Shown: positions 24,755 to 33,453 of the stretch, piece by piece
How positions within the stretch are numbered: position 1 is the first letter of the stretch
Layout of the letters: each line of letters opens with the position of its first letter
IMG/VR virus record: IMGVR_UViG_3300043112_000199
Location: 1 to 37,172 of that record
Strand: one strand, 5' to 3'
DNA length: 37,172 bases
Source of the DNA: a virus
Taxonomy: Duplodnaviria; Caudoviricetes
Notes under the pieces: generated by a model
Databases searched by the model: none
The model's input: only the letters and a program-made list of their open reading frames with translations
What the model was told of the DNA's origin: nothing
Program-made: the position numbers and the translations under genes

Positions 24755-26443
24755 ATGAACGACGTCATCGAATATCTCATCGACGGAACCAGCGGCCTTG
24801 CGCCCGGTAGCGCCTCCGGCATGGCCATCATCGCCGGAGTCTGCTCCGAGGGCGAGGTCGGCAAAGGCTACCTGCTCGGCAAGCGCAGCGACCTGCGCGG
24901 CCTGCTGGGAGACGGTCCGCTGGTGGACCGCCTGTACGACATCTTCGCCACCGGCGGACAGGAACCGGTGGTCATAGCGGTTCCGGTGGAAGGTCTGCCC
25001 GGCGGCTACATCGGCCGCGTCAAGCACGCCGGAACCGGCCCCGGCGCCACGACCAGCGGTGTTGCCTGTAGCAATGCCGACGCCGTGATTGAGATCGTGA
25101 CCGAAGGCCAGCTCGGCACCGCCACCTACAAGCTGTCTCTGGACGGCGGCGAGACCTGGGAAAACGCTACGGCCACGCCCGCCAACGGGCAGATCGCGCT
25201 CGGGGAAACCGGTGCTTACATCACCCTCGAAGACGGCGCACACGTAACCGGAGACACCTATTCGGCCATCGTTCGCGGCCCCATCGGCCCCGTGAAACAG
25301 GTCGGCACCGGCCCTGAAATCGACATTGCCGGCACGGTCAAATCCGCCGCCGAAATCGTCCTTCGCATCGCCTCCGGCGGCGGCCGCAACGAAGGCACCT
25401 ACCAGCTCTCCGAAGACGGTGGCGACAACTGGAGCACGGTCCGGACCATCCCGGTGGACGGCGTGATCCTGGTCGGCTCCACCGGCGTGGCCATAACCGT
25501 TCCCGACCAGGAAATGACCGCCGGGACCGAATACAGCCTGCGCCTCAATGCGCCCGTCCCGTCCATATCGGCGGTCATGTCCGCCCTGGAAGCGCCGCTG
25601 GAAATCTACGACGTGGAGTTCGTGCATATTGTCGGTCCCACCGACGCCGTGGACTGGGCCGCCTGCGGTGCCAAGGCCGACGAGCTGTGGAACGCGCATC
25701 GCCCCACCTACTTCAAGACCGAATTCCGCATGCCCTACGACGGCGAGGACCTGAGCGACTGGGCCGCCGCATGGATCGAAGAACGGTCAGGCTTTGCTCA
25801 CCGTTTCGTCCAGAACATCGCCGCATTCGGCGAGGCCTCGGACGCATCCGGCAGACGCATACGGCGCAACTGGGGCGGCCTGCACGTGGGCCGAGTGCTC
25901 TCCGTTCCCGTCCACCGAGCCACCGGCCGCGTGCGCGACGGCGGCATCTCGCAGGGCTCACTTCCCGAAGGCTGGAACGAAGGCATCCAGTTCATGCTGG
26001 AACGCGAAGGCGCGGTCACTGCCAAGGCATACGCAGGGCTTGAATCCCCGTACTGGGGCGACTCCCGCATGCTGGCCGAAGCCACCAGCGATTATCAGTA
26101 CGAGGAAATCCTGCGCACCACCTTCAAGGCCGTACGTCTGGCACGAGTGGCCGCGCTCAATGGCATGTACGACGAGGCAGGCGACCCGGTGCGAGAAGGC
26201 GGAGCGAGCGGCCTCGAATACCTTAAGGCCAGCATCGAAAACGCCCTGGACACCATGACCGCGAGCAAACCGCGCGAGCTGGCGGACCGCATCGTGGACA
26301 TCCCGCCCGGGCAGGACATCGCCAACAACGGCGTGGCCGTGGAACTCGACCTGATCGGCATCCCCATCATCCGCAGGATCAAGCTCTTTGCCCGGTACAC
26401 CTATGCCGGCTCAAACTTCGATCCCAGACTGGAGGCAGCATAA
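24755..26443 (+). CDS. Tail sheath protein (DUF2586-like)
   Basis: 562 aa upstream of the tube gene; GRVRDG and SDYQYEE motifs; duplicated insertion domain. Confidence 0.8.
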   Translation: MNDVIEYLIDGTSGLAPGSASGMAIIAGVCSEGEVGKGYLLGKRSDLRGLLGDGPLVDRLYDIFATGGQEPVVIAVPVEGLPGGYIGRVKHAGTGPGATTSGVACSNADAVIEIVTEGQLGTATYKLSLDGGETWENATATPANGQIALGETGAYITLEDGAHVTGDTYSAIVRGPIGPVKQVGTGPEIDIAGTVKSAAEIVLRIASGGGRNEGTYQLSEDGGDNWSTVRTIPVDGVILVGSTGVAITVPDQEMTAGTEYSLRLNAPVPSISAVMSALEAPLEIYDVEFVHIVGPTDAVDWAACGAKADELWNAHRPTYFKTEFRMPYDGEDLSDWAAAWIEERSGFAHRFVQNIAAFGEASDASGRRIRRNWGGLHVGRVLSVPVHRATGRVRDGGISQGSLPEGWNEGIQFMLEREGAVTAKAYAGLESPYWGDSRMLAEATSDYQYEEILRTTFKAVRLARVAALNGMYDEAGDPVREGGASGLEYLKASIENALDTMTASKPRELADRIVDIPPGQDIANNGVAVELDLIGIPIIRRIKLFARYTYAGSNFDPRLEAA

Positions 26444-26871
26444 TGAGCGTCAATGGCAATCTGTATGACTGGGAAGGCGTAGAGATTCAGCTGCCCGGCG
26501 GTATCGCCGTCGGCATCTCCGACATCAGCTACAGCGATGAACGCGGCATCGAGCCGCGCTACGGCAAAGGCAGCAAGCCGCGCGGATACGGCCGCAAAAA
26601 CTACAAAGCCAGCGGCAACATGACCCTTGATCGCGACGAGTTTGAAACCCTGCAGGCCGCCCTGGGCGGATCGGTCTACAAAGGCGATCCGTTCCAGATT
26701 GTGGTCAGCTACGGCAACGACGGCCAGGAGACCAAGACCGACACGCTCCCGGCCGTGAAAATCACAAAGCAGGACACCGGCGCGAGCCAGGACGACGACA
26801 ACGCGGGCAGTGTCAAATGCGACTTCACCTGCATCAAGCCCATCAAGTGGAACGGTCAGGACGCCCTGTAG
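26443..26871 (+). CDS. Tail tube protein
   Basis: VNGNLYDWEGVEI..ISYSD..YGKGSKPRGYGR; follows the sheath. Confidence 0.8.
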   Translation: MSVNGNLYDWEGVEIQLPGGIAVGISDISYSDERGIEPRYGKGSKPRGYGRKNYKASGNMTLDRDEFETLQAALGGSVYKGDPFQIVVSYGNDGQETKTDTLPAVKITKQDTGASQDDDNAGSVKCDFTCIKPIKWNGQDAL

Positions 26872-26910
26872 TCCGACCGTGAGACACCCAACCTGAGAAA
26901 AGAGGACATC

Positions 26911-27216
26911 ATGGCCGAAGAGACCAAGACCGACGAACAGTATGTGGAGCTGTCCCATTCCTTTCTGGACCGCTTCGAAGGCAAGGACGTGGACCTGAAG
27001 TTCCGCTTCAAGCGCCCCAACACCCAGCAGGCTAACCGCGTGCAGAAAACGGCCCTCAAGAACGCGGGGCAGGCCTTCAAGAACCTGAGTCTGGAAACGG
27101 TCCACCCGGACGACAAGGCCGCCCTGCAGGAAGCCCTGCAGAAGTACCCCGGCCTCGCCTCTACCTTCGGCGGCGCGCTCATGGGCAGCTGCGGATTCGG
27201 TGATCTGGGAAACTGA
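26911..27216 (+). CDS. Tail assembly chaperone (G)
   Basis: Between tube and tape measure; ends in slippery G GGA AAC TGA. Confidence 0.8.
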   Translation: MAEETKTDEQYVELSHSFLDRFEGKDVDLKFRFKRPNTQQANRVQKTALKNAGQAFKNLSLETVHPDDKAALQEALQKYPGLASTFGGALMGSCGFGDLGN

Positions 27217-27392
27217 TTCAGCGCAACCTGCAGGAGCTGGAAAGGGACGGCCTCGCGCAATATTCAGTGCTCATCAAGCACTGGCTCCGCGAAACGCCGT
27301 CCCTTTCTCCTGAGATATTCGCCCAGCAGGCTGCGCAGGCTATGTGGTTGGAGAAACGGTACAGAAGGCAAAATAATAATGCTTTGGTCTAG
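27207..27392 (+). other. -1 programmed frameshift site and GT extension
   Basis: GGGAAAC 27207-27213 in X XXY YYZ phase. The -1 frame is open for 59 codons (LIQRNLQELERDG..AQAMWLEKR..) to TAG 27390-27392. Confidence 0.85.
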
Positions 27393-27616
27393 GACGATTC
27401 CCTTTTTAACGCTTGGGAAAGTTTTTCTTCCTCGGCCTTTTTAGCATTTGCTTTCTTTGTTTTTTGCTGATTGAGCTCTTCAATCTTTTTTTCTAATCTG
27501 TAGAGCACATCTTTGTGATGTCGAGCCTCTTTTTCCTTGCTTAGTATTTGGTTGTCAAGAGACTTAATATCATGCGTGTATCTTTTAATCATCGCCTCAT
27601 GCTGCTTAGAACTCAT
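27389..27616 (-). CDS. Small basic coiled-coil moron protein
   Basis: AAGGAG SD; 14 nt after the upstream antisense gene; low GC. Confidence 0.7.
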   Translation of the reverse strand: MSSKQHEAMIKRYTHDIKSLDNQILSKEKEARHHKDVLYRLEKKIEELNQQKTKKANAKKAEEEKLSQALKRESS

Positions 27617-27630
27617 GCTATCTCCTTAGG

Positions 27631-28530
27631 TTACAAACTTTGCTCAGACTTAACCAAAAAAACTATCGTTGAGGCCGTCATATGCAGGGTATAAGCGGCA
27701 ATATGATCCGGGACATTAACCACATCCGCACCTTGCCCATGTCCTCCCATCTTATTCCTTACCGTTGGCACGCATCCCTCTAGTGTGGACCGCAAACCAT
27801 TCATATGGCTTTGCCAAAATTCAGGGACAAGTCCGTTCTCAAAACAAATGGCAATGAGTTTTTTGACAGCAGCATGCTTATCATATTCCCACCCTCGCTT
27901 GTCGCATATAACCTTTATCGTGCTTTCAAACGCCTTAAGCCCGTCGACTAACGCCTCTTGATGTCGGCCATTACGAAAATGATCGTGAGCAGAAAGAAAT
28001 TCTTTCTGTGGACCGTAATAGGACTTGTCCGAAAGAATTGACAAGGCAGGTTTTACAGCCTGCTGATGGATATATTGACTATCAATACGAATTAGTTGTC
28101 CTCCCTCAAGCTGATACCCAACTCCATGCTCTCGAAAACGCGTATTGAGTTCGTGAACTAAGTAGCTATCTGGCTTGATGTAAGCATATACTTCTTCCAC
28201 TGCACTGAGAACGAACTCGATATCCTTCTCTTGAAGGACAAAATGCCCAAGCTCTTTTTCAAAATCTCTAAAACGACGGGCCATCCCGCCTGAATATATA
28301 TCTTCAGCGAGCTGAAATCTCCCAATCTCTCTGCAAAGACAATGAACTGTAGACTGGGCTATGTCACGAGTTTGCATACCTTTTTCGCTAAACTCGTGAT
28401 ATGGTTTTTGGAAAATATCCTGAAATAAGAGACAGAACTGGACCCGTAAAGCATTTGGCAGCGTCTCGTACTGATACACATCAGGGATTTCACCTCTTGC
28501 CTGCCTCTGCCGTTTGAAAAAAATAGCCAT
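27631..28530 (-). CDS. AbiJ-like / HEPN-type abortive-infection protein (STM4504-like)
   Basis: KRQ...GEIPDVYQY..LP..LRVQ N-terminus; KAFESTIKVIC and RNKMGGH (Rx5H) C-terminus; GAGG SD; low GC; antisense. Confidence 0.75.
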   Translation of the reverse strand: MAIFFKRQRQARGEIPDVYQYETLPNALRVQFCLLFQDIFQKPYHEFSEKGMQTRDIAQSTVHCLCREIGRFQLAEDIYSGGMARRFRDFEKELGHFVLQEKDIEFVLSAVEEVYAYIKPDSYLVHELNTRFREHGVGYQLEGGQLIRIDSQYIHQQAVKPALSILSDKSYYGPQKEFLSAHDHFRNGRHQEALVDGLKAFESTIKVICDKRGWEYDKHAAVKKLIAICFENGLVPEFWQSHMNGLRSTLEGCVPTVRNKMGGHGQGADVVNVPDHIAAYTLHMTASTIVFLVKSEQSL

Positions 28531-28620
28531 TTTACCTCTCCAGATTATCATCATGCATACTAATTTTGCTTATCACTTTTGCTATCATTATTAGCCGCTA
28601 GCTTCTACCTCAAACTTTAA

Positions 28621-28668
28621 GCACACTTCGCACAGCTTCCCGACACCCCTCCTGTAAGCGGCTATTCT
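28621..28668 (+). promoter_or_regulatory. Putative activator-dependent late promoter (tape measure)
   Basis: GCAC-N2-TTCGC-N5-TTCC-N22-TATTCT; ATG lies 7 nt after the -10. Confidence 0.6.
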
Positions 28669-28675
28669 TGCCGCC

Positions 28676-30727
28676 ATGGAAGCATTCAACGTCCTCGCCA
28701 CCATGTCCCTTGTGGACATGATCACCGCTCCGCTGCAGCGGATCAACGCCGCAATGGTCAGCACAGGCAAGGCCGCCTCCGCGCTTGGTGCGAGCGCTCT
28801 GGGGCTGGCCAAGGCTTTGTTGCCCGTTGCCATTGCGGCCGGGGTCTTGTTTGCCGCCATAGGACCGTGCGTTTCCACCGCCGCCGAATTTGAATCGGCC
28901 ATGTCTCAGGTCGGGGCGGTTTCAGGTGCTACGGCCTCGGAGATGGATGTGCTGTCAGACGCAGCCCGCGATCTGGGAGCCTCCACCGCCTGGTCCGCCA
29001 TGCAGGTGGCGGAAGGGCAGAAGTATCTGGCCATGGCCGGATTTTCGGTTCAACAGAACGTCGCTGCGCTACCCGCCGTCCTCGACCTGGCCACCGCCGG
29101 CACCACTGACCTCGGACGCGCAGCAGACATCGGCTCGGACATCCTTTCCGCCTTCAATCTGGAGGCCTCCCGAATGGCCGAGGTGGCCGATACGCTCGCG
29201 GCGGCCTGCACCACGTCCAACACCACGCTCGAACTGCTCGGCGACACCATGAAGTACGTGGCACCGGTAGCGGAAAAAGCCGGGGTATCTTTGCAGGAAA
29301 CCGCAGCCATGGCCGGACTCCTTGGCAACGTGGGCATTAAAGGTAGTCAGGCAGGCACCGCACTCCGTGCCATGCTGAACGGGCTTGCAGCCCCGTCTTC
29401 CGAGGCGGCCAAGTCCATGGCCAACCTCGGCATCGCCACCACGGACGCCGCCGGCAATCTGCGAAGCCCCATCACCATTTTGAGCGACATGGCCAATGCC
29501 ACCGACTCTCTGGGCAGCGCCCAGAAAATGGCCTTCGCAAAAACGGTTTTCGGAACCGAGGCCATGAGCGCCGCCCTTGCCTTGTTCGATCAGGCAGGAG
29601 CAGGAGGCATTGCAGAGTATGCCTCCCAGCTCAAAGCGGCTGGCACTGCCGCAGAGATTGCGGCCCAGCAGCATGACAACCTCGCAGGCGACCAGAAAGC
29701 GCTCGGCAGTGCATTCGAGTCGCTCCAGATCACCATCGGCACACTGTTCCTGCCCGCCGCCCGAGGCATCACCCAGGCAATCACCGCTGTCGTGCGCGTC
29801 TTCGACGCACTGGCCGGGCATCCGGTGGGCAAGTTCATTCTGTCTCTCGCATCCATAGCTGGTACGGCCGTGCTTGCCGTGACCGGGCTTTCCGCCGTTG
29901 TCTGGGCCGGGACAGCTGCCTGGGCTGCGTTCAACGCCGTGATCCTCGCCAACCCCATCGCGCTTATCGTTATGGCCGTTGTGGCTCTGGTGACAGGCAT
30001 CATCGCGCTCTACAACGAGTGCGAGACAGCCCGCGAGATCATTGACCAGATCGGTGCCGGCTTCCTCGTTTTCTGGGGTCATATTCAGGATGCGGCGGGT
30101 GCCGTGGGTGATTTCTTTTCCATCCTTTCCGGCGTCGGCATCATGGGCGTGTTCGCCTACTACTTCACCGACATTTACAACGCTCTGGGCCGCTTCTGGG
30201 ACGGCATCAAGTCGCTGTTCGACATCGACCTCAGTGAGTCCGGCCGCAAGCTCATCAGCACGCTGGCCGATGGCATCCGGTCCGTCATCACCATGCCGTA
30301 TGATCTGGTGAAATCCGGACTCGACAAGGTGCGCCAGCTCCTGCCGTTCTCCGACGCCAAGGAAGGACCACTCTCAGCGCTCACGCTTTCCGGCACCCGC
30401 ATCATGGATACGCTCGGCTCAGGCATCCGCGCCGCAGCGCCCCAACTGCACGCCACCGCAGCAACCGCACTGTCGGGCGTCGCCGTTGCCGCCAACCTCG
30501 CGGTCACGCCGCCCGATGCTCCTCCTCACCAGGCACCGCCCCCGGCTTCGGCGCAAGCCCCAGCGCCGGACCGGGGCGCGGTCGCCCGCAACGGCAAGAG
30601 CGTGGTCATTCAGAACCTGAGCGTAACTCTGCCCAGCGTGCAGGACGCGGACGGTTTTGTCTCCGCACTTGAGCAGCTGGTGGCAAGTCATGACGGCTCC
30701 GGCCCGGACGAAGGAGACATCACATGA
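28676..30727 (+). CDS. Tail tape measure protein (TP901-like core)
   Basis: FESAMSQV..A..LGAST..LAMAGF..GIKGSQAGTALR; Ala-rich with a TM region. Confidence 0.93.
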   Translation: MEAFNVLATMSLVDMITAPLQRINAAMVSTGKAASALGASALGLAKALLPVAIAAGVLFAAIGPCVSTAAEFESAMSQVGAVSGATASEMDVLSDAARDLGASTAWSAMQVAEGQKYLAMAGFSVQQNVAALPAVLDLATAGTTDLGRAADIGSDILSAFNLEASRMAEVADTLAAACTTSNTTLELLGDTMKYVAPVAEKAGVSLQETAAMAGLLGNVGIKGSQAGTALRAMLNGLAAPSSEAAKSMANLGIATTDAAGNLRSPITILSDMANATDSLGSAQKMAFAKTVFGTEAMSAALALFDQAGAGGIAEYASQLKAAGTAAEIAAQQHDNLAGDQKALGSAFESLQITIGTLFLPAARGITQAITAVVRVFDALAGHPVGKFILSLASIAGTAVLAVTGLSAVVWAGTAAWAAFNAVILANPIALIVMAVVALVTGIIALYNECETAREIIDQIGAGFLVFWGHIQDAAGAVGDFFSILSGVGIMGVFAYYFTDIYNALGRFWDGIKSLFDIDLSESGRKLISTLADGIRSVITMPYDLVKSGLDKVRQLLPFSDAKEGPLSALTLSGTRIMDTLGSGIRAAAPQLHATAATALSGVAVAANLAVTPPDAPPHQAPPPASAQAPAPDRGAVARNGKSVVIQNLSVTLPSVQDADGFVSALEQLVASHDGSGPDEGDIT

Positions 30728-31236
30728 CCGACGGCCTCTTGAGCTTTGCACACGGCGAAATCCGCCTCGGGAAAAATGGGGTGCCCGGCATCCTGCGCGA
30801 TATGCGGGTACGCGGCAGCGTGCGCTTTGACGAAACCGAGCGGGACGGACTTTCCGGCAAGGCGAAAGCCCCTATGGGCTGGGAAGACTGCGCCATCACG
30901 CTGGTCGTGGATCTGCTCACGGACGAAACCGGAAGTTGCTACGCAAAGCTGACGGCGCTGGACGCACTGTTCCGGGGCCATGACAACGGCGCGAACCCGC
31001 GCGTGCTTGACGTGGCCAACCCGCACGTCACGGCTCGCGGCATCGAGCGCGTGGTCTTTTCGCGACTCGAATCCGCCGAGACAAATCAAGACGATATCAT
31101 CATTGCCACGCTTGGATTTACCGAGCACCGCCCTCCCGTGATCCGCGCCGAACAGCGCGCCGGGTCCAGTCAGGGAGGGCGGCCCACCAACACGGAACCG
31201 GGGCTTGCCCCCGCCGTTGCGGAGCGTTCCAGATGA
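30724..31236 (+). CDS. Putative tail tube initiator / baseplate protein
   Basis: Synteny after the tape measure gene; AAGGAG SD. Confidence 0.55.
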   Translation: MTDGLLSFAHGEIRLGKNGVPGILRDMRVRGSVRFDETERDGLSGKAKAPMGWEDCAITLVVDLLTDETGSCYAKLTALDALFRGHDNGANPRVLDVANPHVTARGIERVVFSRLESAETNQDDIIIATLGFTEHRPPVIRAEQRAGSSQGGRPTNTEPGLAPAVAERSR

Positions 31237-32024
31237 TTGCGGGAGTGTTGCTACAGATTGCGGTCGGCGGCCTGATCGTCCAGCGCTGCCCCCGCCTTGA
31301 ACTGGCCTCACACAGGCACGCACCGCTGTCACGTGCCGCCATCCACCTGCCGGATGCCGACGGGGAGATTGTGCAATCCCTGCTGCCGGGCGATCCGGTG
31401 AGCATCCGCTATGGTTATCGTGGCGGTGATACCGGCGAATGGACCGGCACAGTGCAGGGGACGAGGCGCGTCAACCGCGACCAGCTCTGCATTCTTGCAG
31501 ACGGCCCCGACCTGCCGCTGGTCACCACGACAGTGCGCGAATGCTACGCCGATGAATCGGCCATGGCCATCGCACGGCACATCCTCGACCATGCCGGGCT
31601 ACCGGTGTCCAGACTGGACATCCCCGACGAAATCATTCCGCATTTCCCACTTTCCACGGTGCCCTGCTGCATGGCGGTGCGGCAACTGCTGCATACACTG
31701 CAACGGATCGGCCACGACATGCGCCGGACCACTCTATGGCTTGGCCGCGACGGTTTGAACCTCGGAGACTTCGACGAGCCCGGCGCAATCCCGGTGATCG
31801 AATCCGAAGGCAACCTCATACGACACCAGCCCTCGGAAAGCAGGAAAGGCCTCCATCAGCTGGAGACCTTCCTTTTGCCGGGCCTGAGCCATTCCCGCCG
31901 TTTCAGGCTCACGGACACAAGGCTCGGCACGGACCGGACGTTCCGTGCCCTGGGCGTGCGGCACGTTATCGAACCGGACCGTATGCGGACCTTCATCGAA
32001 TATGGGAGGGAGCATGGCGGCTGA
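31233..32024 (+). CDS. Putative baseplate hub protein
   Basis: GDPVSIRYGY..WTGTV..VRH pattern; position before the spike gene. Confidence 0.65.
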   Translation: MIAGVLLQIAVGGLIVQRCPRLELASHRHAPLSRAAIHLPDADGEIVQSLLPGDPVSIRYGYRGGDTGEWTGTVQGTRRVNRDQLCILADGPDLPLVTTTVRECYADESAMAIARHILDHAGLPVSRLDIPDEIIPHFPLSTVPCCMAVRQLLHTLQRIGHDMRRTTLWLGRDGLNLGDFDEPGAIPVIESEGNLIRHQPSESRKGLHQLETFLLPGLSHSRRFRLTDTRLGTDRTFRALGVRHVIEPDRMRTFIEYGREHGG

Positions 32025-32733
32025 TCTGAAAGAGCTCATGAAGCGGGTGGTCGAAATCGTCATGCCAAACCTGCGGGCCTATTACCGCGTCATGCGAAAG
32101 GCCCGCGTGGTGGCCACGTATCCTGCCGAGGACGGGCGCTACTGGGCCGACGTGCAGCCGCTCAGGAATGACGAATCCGTGGACGAAAACGAGCCGGTCA
32201 TCCCGCGCGTGGAGATCCCGATCCTGTGGGCCGGGCCGGGGCGCGGCGTGGTCTGCCCGCCGCTCGTGGGCGCGCTTTGCGACCTCGAATACTACGACGG
32301 CGACCCGAATTTTCCGCGCATCTCGAATTTCCGCTGGGCCGAGCACGGCGCACCGGCCTGCGAGGTCGGAGCCTTCGTGATCCAGCACAGCGACGGCACC
32401 TTCATCAAGATCGACGCGGACAAGAATCTCATTGAAGTAACCCCCGCCAACCGTAGCGCCCAAGTCGGTGGCGACAAGACCGAAACCATCGGCGGCACTT
32501 GGACCATCAAAGCCCCGCTGATCATTCAGGAGGGCAACGTCCAATCCAGCGGCCCCGGCGGCGTCATCGGCACCGTCAGCACCAAGGCCAACACCGAGCA
32601 GGAAGGCAGCTACACCCTGCTCGGCAAAATCACCTGCACCGAACTGGAAGTGACCGGCAACGCTTCCATCGGCGGCGATCTGAACACCGCCGGGAATAGT
32701 GATGCCGGGAGCCGGAGCGGAGGGGTGATATGA
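32014..32733 (+). CDS. Baseplate spike (gpV/gp45-like)
   Basis: ADVQPL..IPRV..GVVCPPLVG..DGDP OB-fold; Gly/Thr beta-helix C-terminus. Confidence 0.8.
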   Translation: MAADLKELMKRVVEIVMPNLRAYYRVMRKARVVATYPAEDGRYWADVQPLRNDESVDENEPVIPRVEIPILWAGPGRGVVCPPLVGALCDLEYYDGDPNFPRISNFRWAEHGAPACEVGAFVIQHSDGTFIKIDADKNLIEVTPANRSAQVGGDKTETIGGTWTIKAPLIIQEGNVQSSGPGGVIGTVSTKANTEQEGSYTLLGKITCTELEVTGNASIGGDLNTAGNSDAGSRSGGVI

Positions 32734-32735
32734 GG

Positions 32736-32996
32736 TTATTCCTTTTTCAAAGAATTTGTTCCAAACGTTGTTATCTTAGCAATTCCCGGAATCTCGAGTC
32801 CTTGAGACCCTCTTTCTGCTGCGTACTCAATCAAGCCATCTTCTTGAAGAGAGTGCAACAGCCTAACAAGAGCAGAATTTTCTTCAAAAGAGATGCTTTC
32901 TGAACCGTATGCCGCAACATTCAAGGCATTTCGTTTTGCTTTTTTTGTCGGCTGTTCAGCTAGCATTTGAAGTACATTGTTTCTCATTTGGTCCAT
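32736..32996 (-). CDS. Antisense moron, winged-helix-like small protein
   Basis: GGAG SD; low GC; LHSLQEDGLIEY..ITTFG. Confidence 0.6.
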   Translation of the reverse strand: MDQMRNNVLQMLAEQPTKKAKRNALNVAAYGSESISFEENSALVRLLHSLQEDGLIEYAAERGSQGLEIPGIAKITTFGTNSLKKE

Positions 32997-33018
32997 AAAT
33001 CAGCTCCAATGGTTAAAT

Positions 33019-33453
33019 ATGACAAACATCTTCGCACAAGACATCGCCCTCGACGCCTCAGGGCAGGCCAAGGTTGCCGCCAATGGCGAGCTGGTACTCA
33101 CCACCAGCCCGCAAACCGGCGTGCAGGACATCCGGCTGCGTCTGGATACATATATCGAATCACTGTTCTTTGACAAGGGATACGGTTCCACCCTGCGCGA
33201 CTGGGTCATGGAGGAAAACACCGAGCTGGCCCGTATTGGATTCGCGGCCGAGGTCAAACGGCGCATCGGAGAAGATCCGCGCGTGTCGGTTGGCAGCGCG
33301 TACTGTTCCGTTACGCAATGGGACGAGCTGGGTATCCGTGCCGATGCGTCCTGGCGCTTCATAGACAGCGCCCACGTTTTCAACCTCGTCATCGAGGCCG
33401 ACCACTCGAAAAAGGAAATGGTGATCAGGGATGCCGACCCCGCAGTTGTCTAA
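33019..33453 (+). CDS. Baseplate wedge (gp46/gpW/gp25-like)
   Basis: QDIRLRL..LFFDKGYGS..EDPRV. Confidence 0.8.
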   Translation: MTNIFAQDIALDASGQAKVAANGELVLTTSPQTGVQDIRLRLDTYIESLFFDKGYGSTLRDWVMEENTELARIGFAAEVKRRIGEDPRVSVGSAYCSVTQWDELGIRADASWRFIDSAHVFNLVIEADHSKKEMVIRDADPAVV

